The translations under genes were made by a program, and so were the position numbers. From a virus, in the IMG/VR virus record IMGVR_UViG_3300010401_000016, positions 1 through 43,971 of that record: a stretch of 43,971 bases of DNA. One strand, written 5' to 3'. This document shows, piece by piece, positions 31,609 through 39,952 of this stretch. The notes beneath the pieces were generated by a model, which worked only from the letters and a program-made list of their open reading frames with translations, did not search any database and was not told the origin of the DNA. How positions within the stretch are numbered: position 1 is the stretch's first letter; each line of letters starts with the position of its first letter.

Positions 31609-32803
31609 TAATTTACTCGATCTATTCTGGACTTACATGGAGCCAGATGGGTTCTTAAAATCGATTTGTGATGCGGGTGTTCTTGCCTGTGTATCTGCAC
31701 TTCTTGAAAGAAAGTGTTGGATGGACGAGGGATTGCGTGGATATTTGTATCCAAACATTTTCATGACAGTTGTCGCAGATCCTGGTGAAAGTTTCAAATC
31801 ATACACAACCCGAACAATAGTCGATATGATGAAGTGTGTTCGTGATGGCGAACTCAAACCTTATTTAGTTCCTGATGAAATCACACCTGCTGCTTTATTG
31901 AAAGAATTCCAGGAGTGCCGAAGACAATTCAACACGAATAATCAATCTTATATTCAGAGTCCATTATTTGCTCACAGTTCAGAGTTTGCAGTTTTGACCC
32001 AGGATATTGGTGGTGGATCTATCATCAAACACCTTTTGAAACTGTATGATGCTGAAGATGCATTTACAAAGAGAACCATTCATGATGGCAAAATCGATAT
32101 TCCAAATCCCTCAATTGTGATCCTGGCTGATACAACCCCAAATCAATTTAGACAAATTCTATCTGCTGATGTAGCGGGTGCAGGTTTTACAAGTCGTATG
32201 ATATTTGTGCATGAAGCAAGACGCGCTCCTGGAAATTATTTGGGATCACCAGTTGATCCAGTTCTCAGACAAACCATTATTGAGAAGATGAATGCCATTT
32301 ATCAACTCAAAGGTAAATTCAAGCTGACTCAAAAAGCCAAAGATGCATTCAATAAATTTTATACTGATTTCAGAGGGAATGCTGTTGCATACCAAGGCAA
32401 TTATCAAATGAAGAATTACATGGCTCGTAAGGACACCCACGTAAAAAAACTCGCTATGATCAATGCTGTTGCACGAACTCAAACCCTGGAGATAGATGGT
32501 CAGGACGTTGAGAAAGCCGTTGCCTATTTAAATGATCTTGAGCCAAGTGTCATAAAAGGTTTCGGACTTGAAGCTGTTACCAAACACAATGAGATTGCAT
32601 CCAAATTGTTAGGTAATATTCCAGTTGAAGGTATTACCGAAAATGAACTTCTCAGCAACTTCATGCAAAGTGGTGTGATGATTATGACAGGTTCTGAATA
32701 TGAGACTGCTCTTCAATCATTAAGCAAGTCAAATACAATTGAGATTCACGATAATAAAGAAGAGGGAAGAAAATTCTTCCTAATACAGCAAAAGATAAGC
32801 TGA
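31595..32803 (+). CDS. Large replication-module protein (402 aa), possibly a degenerate P-loop or DUF3987-like protein.
   Basis: Track ORF with VVADPGESFKSYT (Walker A-like but degenerate) and IVILADTTP (Walker B-like). The function is uncertain. Confidence 0.4.
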   Translation: MKKDDNLLDLFWTYMEPDGFLKSICDAGVLACVSALLERKCWMDEGLRGYLYPNIFMTVVADPGESFKSYTTRTIVDMMKCVRDGELKPYLVPDEITPAALLKEFQECRRQFNTNNQSYIQSPLFAHSSEFAVLTQDIGGGSIIKHLLKLYDAEDAFTKRTIHDGKIDIPNPSIVILADTTPNQFRQILSADVAGAGFTSRMIFVHEARRAPGNYLGSPVDPVLRQTIIEKMNAIYQLKGKFKLTQKAKDAFNKFYTDFRGNAVAYQGNYQMKNYMARKDTHVKKLAMINAVARTQTLEIDGQDVEKAVAYLNDLEPSVIKGFGLEAVTKHNEIASKLLGNIPVEGITENELLSNFMQSGVMIMTGSEYETALQSLSKSNTIEIHDNKEEGRKFFLIQQKIS

Positions 32804-33085
32804 TAAAAATCCGATAATCCAAGCAAGACAATCGACGATAGTTTTATATCGAGGTTGTGAAACCATGTCCTCTTTGACTTCTTTGTAGATAATAATGGCA
32901 GCCAGAATGACTCCTATAATGCCTACTGCAATTATGCTGTGAAGAAGCACAGGTAAAAGCGCAATTAAAAATCCACCTGAGAAGTGGAGTAATTCGCGTA
33001 AAATAAAATATTGGGTGTAGGTTAGGCCACGGTCTTTTAAAAGCCAGGCCGCAACTAGATCGAGTTTATCAAATAACCACTGCAT
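32780..33085 (-). CDS. Multi-pass membrane protein (101 aa), the last gene of the leftward arm.
   Basis: Track ORF with three hydrophobic segments. Its 3' end overlaps the convergent gene 31595..32803 by 24 nt. Confidence 0.55.
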   Translation of the reverse strand: MQWLFDKLDLVAAWLLKDRGLTYTQYFILRELLHFSGGFLIALLPVLLHSIIAVGIIGVILAAIIIYKEVKEDMVSQPRYKTIVDCLAWIIGFLSAYLLLY

Positions 33086-33504
33086 TAGAAACGAATGCCA
33101 AGAGTTCCGTAGATTCCATTTCCCTCTTTGTTGTATTGGATACCAACATTAAGGGGGCCAGTAACATCGTAATTGAATCCTGCGATGTAATCGTTTGGTT
33201 TCAAGGGATTGATTCCGACGTAGATGTTTAGCTTTTTAGGATTCGTAATGATTTTCTTGTCTGTTTTTTCCTGAGATTCTTCATCAGTTTTTGAAACAGT
33301 TGTACTATCTTCTTTTTCAATGATAGTCCCGTTTGGCTTCGTGATTTTTGTTTTATGAGTGTCAGTTTTTTCATGTATTACCTTTTCAACAATTTTTTCT
33401 GTTTGTACAGTTTCAATTTTAGAAGGCATGATATAGTATCCAGCAACAGTGCCAGCAAGAAAAATCAATACAGCTACGATGTATTTATTCATTTGTATTT
33501 TCAT
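33085..33504 (-). CDS. Envelope-spanning protein candidate. It has an N-terminal TM or signal anchor, a K/E/T-rich linker and a beta-rich C-terminus ending in an OMP-like signature.
   Basis: MKIQMNKYIVAVLIFLAGTVAGYYIM... ends ...NVGIQYNKEGNGIYGTLGIRF, with a terminal Phe and alternating hydrophobic residues. Alternative starts are at 33537 and 33492. Confidence 0.5.
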   Translation of the reverse strand: MKIQMNKYIVAVLIFLAGTVAGYYIMPSKIETVQTEKIVEKVIHEKTDTHKTKITKPNGTIIEKEDSTTVSKTDEESQEKTDKKIITNPKKLNIYVGINPLKPNDYIAGFNYDVTGPLNVGIQYNKEGNGIYGTLGIRF

Positions 33505-33727
33505 CTTTCTTTTTCTTCTTATGATAAATCGTGACAATATCAGTCACAACTTTCACACCTGCTATTCCGATCACTATATGCTCAAAAGACTCTGAAGTCA
33601 GCTTTCCTTCCCACAGAGCAATGAACGTAGCGTTCAGAATTATAACTTTAACAGAAACCACTAAACTAAACAACTTTTTTAAGAATGATTGCCAGAATTC
33701 TGGACATGGTAAGTAATCTTTAATCAT
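33485..33727 (-). CDS. Holin (putative, two TMDs and a charged C-terminus).
   Basis: The TMDs are LFSLVVSVKVIILNATFIALW and IVIGIAGVKVVTDIVTIY, followed by the HKKKKKDENTNE tail. The start overlaps the endolysin stop as TAATG. Confidence 0.6.
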   Translation of the reverse strand: MIKDYLPCPEFWQSFLKKLFSLVVSVKVIILNATFIALWEGKLTSESFEHIVIGIAGVKVVTDIVTIYHKKKKKDENTNE

Positions 33728-34158
33728 TATTCATCCTTTACGAAGTGATCGGCTTTTGTGCCATATTTAGGCAGTGCAATATGTATATGGCCCTTTTTCT
33801 TGTAATAGATCAGTTCCCCAGGCCACCACAAGCTTATCTTCCAATACAGAGCCTGCATATCCTCTCCAATTATGATAAAATCGCAGGCAGATCCATCAAC
33901 GTGTTGGCTATCTGGAACTCCCCCTACCATTGCGTTGATAGCTGGAGATCTCACGCCAGAATCGATTATAAGAGGTTTTTTTACTTCGTCCCTAATGCGT
34001 TGTAATGCAAATAGGCATAAACATTGAAGATTTGTCACCATCTGCGGTGTAGGCTCGATTATAGCAGCCAACTGAGGGTAACAAGCAGAAACCAAAAACT
34101 CTTTCAAAGAAAAGTCTTTGGAAAGTCTAAGGTTCTTGTCTATCATTTTGAGATCCAT
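33727..34158 (-). CDS. Endolysin, peptidase M15 (VanY / L-Ala-D-Glu peptidase-like).
   Basis: IDSGVRSPAINAMVGGVPDSQHVDGSACDF plus GHIHIAL provide the H-x6-D ... H zinc ligands. Confidence 0.85.
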   Translation of the reverse strand: MDLKMIDKNLRLSKDFSLKEFLVSACYPQLAAIIEPTPQMVTNLQCLCLFALQRIRDEVKKPLIIDSGVRSPAINAMVGGVPDSQHVDGSACDFIIIGEDMQALYWKISLWWPGELIYYKKKGHIHIALPKYGTKADHFVKDE

Positions 34159-34472
34159 GCGCAGAAGAGGGAAATGCCGATGCTTACGATTGTTGCCATC
34201 ATAGCAGCAGATACTTTATATTTGGTTTTGATTTGTTCAACTTGAACAGAAAGATTCAGCATATCTGAGGATCTTTGTTCAGAAATTTTTTGGATCTCTT
34301 CTGTCAGTGAGTCAATTCTTTGATTTGACTCAGCTCGGATCTGATAAAGATCTTGTCTTAGGTCAGCTCTGAACTGACGAAGGTCTTCTCTTAAACTTGC
34401 GATTTCCATATACGAAAAACTATCTTTTGTGTTGTGTTTGAAGTCATTGTCGTTGCCCATTGGTTCCCTCAT
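34143..34472 (-). CDS. XhlA-like lysis-associated protein (coiled coil with a C-terminal TMD).
   Basis: The heptad-rich segment is LREDLRQFRADLRQDLYQIRAESNQRIDSLTEEIQKISEQ. The C-terminal TMD is AAMMATIVSIGISLFCAWI. It lies directly upstream of the endolysin. Confidence 0.5.
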   Translation of the reverse strand: MREPMGNDNDFKHNTKDSFSYMEIASLREDLRQFRADLRQDLYQIRAESNQRIDSLTEEIQKISEQRSSDMLNLSVQVEQIKTKYKVSAAMMATIVSIGISLFCAWISK

Positions 34473-37400
34473 TGCTCATGGCAGCATTGACAGCAGCAGG
34501 TACAGCCTGTTGAGACTTCAATGCCAATTGTGATAACTTATAATAGTTTTGTAAAAGTTTGATTTCAGATTCTTCCATCAAACCAGTCTTTGCAAGATAA
34601 ATAGCTTTTTGTGGGTTCTTAATTGCCTTGATCAATTGTTCAGCAACTAATGCCCAAGGATGAGTGAATCCAACATAACCACGAATGATTACGTTTTGTG
34701 CTTTGTCTTGAAGAGCTTCAGCAAGTTCGGGAGCTAAAAATTTCATAGTAGGATCGCCACCTATCATTTTTTCCATCTTGGCAAGAGCTTTCAATGCTTT
34801 TCCATTCTCAACATTTTTCATGAATGTTTCACCAGCGGGGCCAAATACCATATAAGCAATTTCTTGCTTTTCAGCCGGATCTTTTGTTGGGTCATCCATC
34901 ATCTTCATAATTTCTTGATAAGCTTTTTTGCCAGGTTTACCATCCAATGCAATAAATCGCTTTCTTTGAGTTTCAAGGGAATCACGATACACAGAGAAAT
35001 TCTCAGGTGTCATATTTGATTTTGCAAGTTTGATTGCTGCTTCAACAGTCTTTGCATCTTTAGGATTCTTCAATGCATCATTCAATACTTTGGGCATACC
35101 CTTCATATTAGAAGCTACACGATATTCATCCAGGATTTGACCTGTGTCTTGCATACCTTTTTTGAGAGCATCTAAAGTTTCTTGTTCTTTAGGATTCAAC
35201 AAAGCAAATTCATCCAAACCTTGAGAAAGATTCTGTTCCCTCTTTGCAGCAATGGACATCAATCGTTTTTCAAAAGATGCGCGATTGGTCACAAGTCTGT
35301 TGACAGCTTTTTGATCAGCGATCTTATTAAGAGCTTTCATGGATCGAGTGAGTTGTGAAATATCTGCATCATTGAAATCCATTTTAAGAATGGCTTCATC
35401 TGATGTAAGGTTATCAATTGCAGATCCAACTTTTTCAGCATTTACTTTTGTAGATTTACTGAATGGGGCATTTGCAAAGTCATCGCCGAGTCTGGTGATT
35501 TTTTTGGTTTCGCTTAAAAGACCCTTGACTTGAGAATAGTCAGATGACATCTTAACGAAGGAATCAGCAACATCACCCTTTTCAGCATTATTTAAACTGT
35601 CGATGATTCGGGTTTTAAGAGCGTGCCAAGTGTTTGTTCCAGAAGAACCATCTTGCCAATCTTTTATTGCGCCGCCGAGTTCACGTTTCAAATCATTTAA
35701 TTCGGTAACACTTAATTCTTTATTATTCTTGACCAGACTTTTAGCCAAAGCTGCACCAGCTTGTGTTTTTGGTGCTTCAGCAATATGGTTTTCAATATCT
35801 GAGAATCCAGAATCTTTCACAGCTTGAGTAAGTTTTGTAGCGATTCCTTGTCTGCGGAATTCAGGTTTTACATAAACAGAGTCAACACCTTTGATTCCAG
35901 TTTTTCCTGCTTCTGGTAAATTGTAAGTTCTGAATCCTTGAACTTGTCCATCTTCACCGCGCATAACAGCAGCTTTATAATCTGAACCTTCTCCAACACT
36001 CTCAATTGTAATTCCTGGTTTTCCAGGTTTATTTAACCATTCTGGAATTTCTTGAGTGACTTCATCATCAGCAAGATCAGCAGTCATTTTTTTTCCAGGT
36101 TCTTTTCTGATCTTGTCCATCTTTTGAAGGACATTGAATTCAGTTTGAGACATGGCATTTTCTGTAGGGGCTATTGCGAGATTTCCATTAATGTCTTTAA
36201 CAATCTTTTCTTCTCGAATCGCATTTGAAATATAGCTATCAACAATGTCATCAATCTTCCCTACTTTGGTTTCACCCATATGAGGAGCAAGTTCTTTCAT
36301 TGCCTTACCATATTCAGAAGAAGCTTTTTGTTCAACTGCATTATAAAATTTATTTAGAGTTGCTTGTCCACCAACAACAATATGAGCTGCATCTTTTGCA
36401 TTTTTCTCAGTTGCTTGTGCAATTGTTTGAAGTGTGCGACCAGTTTGTTGAGCAACATTTTGAATAACAGGATTATTTGCAGCAGTATCAGCGACTGCTT
36501 CTGCACCTTGTTGAGCTGACTTTTGAAATGTTTGTGAAAGCTTATCGCTCAAGCCTTTAAGATATTCCATAGAAGCCTGACCAACTTCTTTTGCTTTTGC
36601 GAATCCACCAGACTGCTTAATGAAATCAAGCACTGTGTTTACTTCAGAAGCAGCTTCAGGAGTCATTCCTCTCATAGAAGCAACAGCAGCCTTTCCCTCT
36701 CTGAGCAATTGAGGAGCATAAAATGCACCAGGAATTGCAGCAGATACCAAACCAACAATACCAGCTTCTTTGAATTGATCTTTCAAAGTTTTATCAGCAA
36801 CATCTGGACTAAGATCTTTCACGGCATTGATTGCAGCAACTTCAGCAGTTGCTTTCAATGCTCCAGAAGCAATCTTCGCAGACTTATACGCAGTTTCAGC
36901 AGGTTTAAATAATGGAGTAACTTTTGAAACAGCCGCAGCAAGAGAGGGAAGTCTGGAAGCCATAGCTGCACCCTTTACGACAGTTGACTCAATTGCAGAT
37001 CCAAGGTTTACGAAGTTTGCGACATCACCGATCATTGCACCAGCTTTATTTGCTGATTCAATTTCTTTTGCGGCAGTGTCGTATTCTTCTAAGTTTTTAT
37101 GAAAGTTTTCTGTGAATGTTTGTTCTTCTTTTTTAGATTGATCAGAACCGAAACCATATGTACTATCAGTTGAAGTTTGAAATGCAGCTTTAGCAGCAGC
37201 AATTGGAGTCCGAGCCATTTCACTGTATTTGGTCATTGCAGCCAAAACATTACCCATGATTGCTCGTGCATTCAATCCTTTGTTTGGATTGATGACACCA
37301 GTCTTTTCATTGGCTTTCTTTGGAGCTGTACCAAAGGGATCAGAAGAATCGAAAGTTGGGCTGTCTACTTCTTCAGCAGAAAGCATTTTAGGAAGTTTAT

Positions 37401-37584
37401 CGCGTTGAGCTTGGACTTCAGGACTGACACTTGATTTGATTCCAAGATGTTCAGACAATTGAGACAACATTTGCTGTTGCGTATCATGGTCGGCTTCATT
37501 CAGTTGACTTACGACTTCATCGTAATTATCTAACTGACTTTGAGCCTGTCCAAGAATATCATTGGCTTGTTGCTCTGAAATCAT
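34444..37584 (-). CDS. Large internal virion or ejection protein (1046 aa) with an embedded GNAT-like acetyltransferase motif.
   Basis: It is the last and largest gene of the virion block. It contains Ala-rich hydrophobic segments and, at about aa 560-600, GIKGVDSVYVKPEFRRQGIATKLTQAVKDSGF (GNAT motif A, R-x-x-G-x-A). Confidence 0.6.
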   Translation of the reverse strand: MISEQQANDILGQAQSQLDNYDEVVSQLNEADHDTQQQMLSQLSEHLGIKSSVSPEVQAQRDKLPKMLSAEEVDSPTFDSSDPFGTAPKKANEKTGVINPNKGLNARAIMGNVLAAMTKYSEMARTPIAAAKAAFQTSTDSTYGFGSDQSKKEEQTFTENFHKNLEEYDTAAKEIESANKAGAMIGDVANFVNLGSAIESTVVKGAAMASRLPSLAAAVSKVTPLFKPAETAYKSAKIASGALKATAEVAAINAVKDLSPDVADKTLKDQFKEAGIVGLVSAAIPGAFYAPQLLREGKAAVASMRGMTPEAASEVNTVLDFIKQSGGFAKAKEVGQASMEYLKGLSDKLSQTFQKSAQQGAEAVADTAANNPVIQNVAQQTGRTLQTIAQATEKNAKDAAHIVVGGQATLNKFYNAVEQKASSEYGKAMKELAPHMGETKVGKIDDIVDSYISNAIREEKIVKDINGNLAIAPTENAMSQTEFNVLQKMDKIRKEPGKKMTADLADDEVTQEIPEWLNKPGKPGITIESVGEGSDYKAAVMRGEDGQVQGFRTYNLPEAGKTGIKGVDSVYVKPEFRRQGIATKLTQAVKDSGFSDIENHIAEAPKTQAGAALAKSLVKNNKELSVTELNDLKRELGGAIKDWQDGSSGTNTWHALKTRIIDSLNNAEKGDVADSFVKMSSDYSQVKGLLSETKKITRLGDDFANAPFSKSTKVNAEKVGSAIDNLTSDEAILKMDFNDADISQLTRSMKALNKIADQKAVNRLVTNRASFEKRLMSIAAKREQNLSQGLDEFALLNPKEQETLDALKKGMQDTGQILDEYRVASNMKGMPKVLNDALKNPKDAKTVEAAIKLAKSNMTPENFSVYRDSLETQRKRFIALDGKPGKKAYQEIMKMMDDPTKDPAEKQEIAYMVFGPAGETFMKNVENGKALKALAKMEKMIGGDPTMKFLAPELAEALQDKAQNVIIRGYVGFTHPWALVAEQLIKAIKNPQKAIYLAKTGLMEESEIKLLQNYYKLSQLALKSQQAVPAAVNAAMSNEGTNGQRQ

Positions 37585-37587
37585 TTT

Positions 37588-38799
37588 TTACTTCGCTTTC
37601 GGCTTGAACACGAAAGTGGATTTACCACCAGCAGGTGCTTGTCCTTGTGGTTGTACTACACTCTTCAGACCGAGACGCTTGATAGCTTCTTCTTCTGAAA
37701 TATCGTGATTACCTACGATTTGATCTATATACTGTCTGTATCGTGGAACAATTTTTTGATCCATTACGAATTTCAACACATCAAGAGTATCTTTGATTTC
37801 TGATTGAGTCATGTCTGAAGGCGTACCTTTGAAGAACATATCAATTTTATCTTGAGTTTTTTGTGAGAATTTTTTAGATTGAATATAACGAACAACGTCA
37901 TTTTCAGTCATTACACCAACTTCACCCATTGCCTTGGCGATTTTAATACCTGCGGCAGCAGCAGCGTTTGTGTTACCTTTTTTAATTTCATCCAACAAGG
38001 CTTCAGATTGATCCATGCTGATATTTTGTTCAGTCAACTTATTAAGAATCGTATCACGCTTCATTTGATTTGCAGCAGTATCGATTGCTCTGGTTGTTTG
38101 TTGATCATTTGTATTTTGGGTCTTTTTATCTTGTCGATCTTCACTTGCAGAAATTGCATTTTGAGATCGAGCATCAGCAGCATCAATATTCTTTTGTTGA
38201 ATGTCTTGTTGTTGTTTGAAATTACGATCATCACGATATTGCTCTTTAAGAGTTTTCAAAGCTTCAGTTTTGTTCTTCAAAACTTCATCTGTGAAACCAG
38301 CACTATTGTCACTCAATTTTTGTTCGAGATCTGTCAATGCTTTGAATTTGGCAGCGTTATCAGTCGAGGGATCGTTGAGTACGCCTACGGTGTGAACATA
38401 AGAATCGTTATAAGCTTTACGTTGAGCAGTCATTCCCTCGCCGCCCATAATAAGATCTTGAGGTTGAAGGGGAGCAAGTCCAGAAGCCTGACGCATAGAA
38501 TTAATTGTGGGAAGCTTTTGCATAACATAAGCTTCTTGATCTTTCTTGTCTGCATATTTGGCAAGGTCTTGTTGTGCTTTTGTGACCAATGCATCAGAAG
38601 CAACTAAGTTGTCTGATTTTTGTTTAGTTGCTTGTTGTTTCAAAAGCTCAGTTTGTTGTTGAGCTTGTTCCATTTTAAGTTTGGATTCTTGAGCAGCTTG
38701 AATTGTAAGACCAGTGTCATGAACACCGTTCCCAAGATTTTGTAGCATTTGTCCAAATGAAGATAATTCAGCCATAACTTCCTTATGTGATTGTAGCAA
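37588..38799 (-). CDS. Internal virion protein (putative, 403 aa, Q/K-rich coiled coil).
   Basis: Track ORF whose position and composition match podovirus core proteins. Confidence 0.5.
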   Translation of the reverse strand: MLQSHKEVMAELSSFGQMLQNLGNGVHDTGLTIQAAQESKLKMEQAQQQTELLKQQATKQKSDNLVASDALVTKAQQDLAKYADKKDQEAYVMQKLPTINSMRQASGLAPLQPQDLIMGGEGMTAQRKAYNDSYVHTVGVLNDPSTDNAAKFKALTDLEQKLSDNSAGFTDEVLKNKTEALKTLKEQYRDDRNFKQQQDIQQKNIDAADARSQNAISASEDRQDKKTQNTNDQQTTRAIDTAANQMKRDTILNKLTEQNISMDQSEALLDEIKKGNTNAAAAAGIKIAKAMGEVGVMTENDVVRYIQSKKFSQKTQDKIDMFFKGTPSDMTQSEIKDTLDVLKFVMDQKIVPRYRQYIDQIVGNHDISEEEAIKRLGLKSVVQPQGQAPAGGKSTFVFKPKAK

Positions 38800-39943
38800 A
38801 ACGCTTTTGTTTTGCTGATTGATATTGTTTTCTAAAATTTAAAGAAGCTGGATCTTGTGCGGGATCTGTTGAATCCATACCAAGGAATCCATGACTGTAT
38901 TCTACTTTATCACCCAATGCTCCACGAGTACGAAGAGAAAGAGGAGTATTTGCAATATTGTTGTAAATGTTCCCTTGAGCAGCCATCAAATTGTTTTGAG
39001 CAGACAAATAATCATTTCCAACTGCGAAGTTGTTTTGATTCATGTTCGCATAACTATTGATTGCATTTTCACCACTATTGTATGCATTTTGTACAATGCC
39101 AGCACCAGTAACAGCTTGATTGAAGTTTTGGTTCTTACCAGATTCAAGAACATTGAATCCAGATTGCATACCTTGTGAGTATTGATTGAACTGTGTTCCA
39201 AGTTGATTAATTGTGCTTGTTCGCATTTCTTCAGTTCTTGAAGATCTACTTTGTGCAGCTTGTTGATCAAATTGAGCCAAACCTGAAGCTATGTCTTGTG
39301 GTGATGCGCCATTACGTGTAAGAGTCTGCATCAACTGACGACGTTTATTTGAAAGATCTTGTTCGAGTTTGGGATCGACATAATCAGCTTTCAATACGTC
39401 ATTAATTTTATCATACATTACACCAGCACGATCCTCGATCAAACCAGAAATTCTGGCTGTGTCCTTATCCAAAAATCCGGCTTTGATAGCATCAAGAGCT
39501 GATCCACCAAATGCTTTTGCAATATCAACATTTGTATTTTTTAATACAGCCATTTGTTGCGCAGAGGGAAGTCCGGCTTTAGCAACTGTTTGTAGAGTTT
39601 TGTACTGAGTCAGATATGCTTGATAGATTTGTTCTGATTGTTTTAAATTGTTTGTAACTCTCGCAAGATTATTTTGCGAATCCAAAATGAATTGTTTTTC
39701 GATTTCAAATGGAAGTTTACCATTCTGTTCTGGAGATCCTTTGAACAATCCACCGATTGTAGAGATTACAGAACCCGCAGCAGCAGTATATGCACCAACA
39801 GGTGTCATTTGTGCAGCAGGAGGTACAGAGTTAGTTATGTTTGCGCCTGTGTTCTGCGCCATGTTACCGCCCGTTGCCGGAGCTGGTGCTGTCGCAGATT
39901 GATATATAGGGCTAAGTGGATTTCCTGTTCCGTTGACTGGCAT
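38783..39943 (-). CDS. Internal virion protein (putative, 386 aa, Q/N/A-rich).
   Basis: Track ORF preceded by AAAGAGGGAAC directly before the ATG. Confidence 0.5.
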   Translation of the reverse strand: MPVNGTGNPLSPIYQSATAPAPATGGNMAQNTGANITNSVPPAAQMTPVGAYTAAAGSVISTIGGLFKGSPEQNGKLPFEIEKQFILDSQNNLARVTNNLKQSEQIYQAYLTQYKTLQTVAKAGLPSAQQMAVLKNTNVDIAKAFGGSALDAIKAGFLDKDTARISGLIEDRAGVMYDKINDVLKADYVDPKLEQDLSNKRRQLMQTLTRNGASPQDIASGLAQFDQQAAQSRSSRTEEMRTSTINQLGTQFNQYSQGMQSGFNVLESGKNQNFNQAVTGAGIVQNAYNSGENAINSYANMNQNNFAVGNDYLSAQNNLMAAQGNIYNNIANTPLSLRTRGALGDKVEYSHGFLGMDSTDPAQDPASLNFRKQYQSAKQKRFATIT

Positions 39944-39952
39944 GTTCCCTCT

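Noticed and set aside
31595-32803. A replicative helicase or primase call for the 402-aa ORF.
   Set aside because: The Walker A-like site is degenerate (PGESFKS), and no TOPRIM, zinc-finger primase or DnaB motifs are visible. I keep it as a protein of uncertain function.
37879-38607. A 242-aa plus-strand ORF. Many similar plus-strand ORFs lie inside minus-strand genes, for example 4156..4551, 5726..6199, 7223..7630 and 39674..39988. Minus-strand ORFs also lie inside plus-strand genes, for example 22885..23265 and 26540..26986.
   Set aside because: These lie antisense within long, motif-supported genes. They have Cys/Phe/Ile/Leu/Ser-rich low-complexity translations, no Shine-Dalgarno sites and no coupling to neighbours. 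They are typical shadow ORFs of an AT-rich genome.
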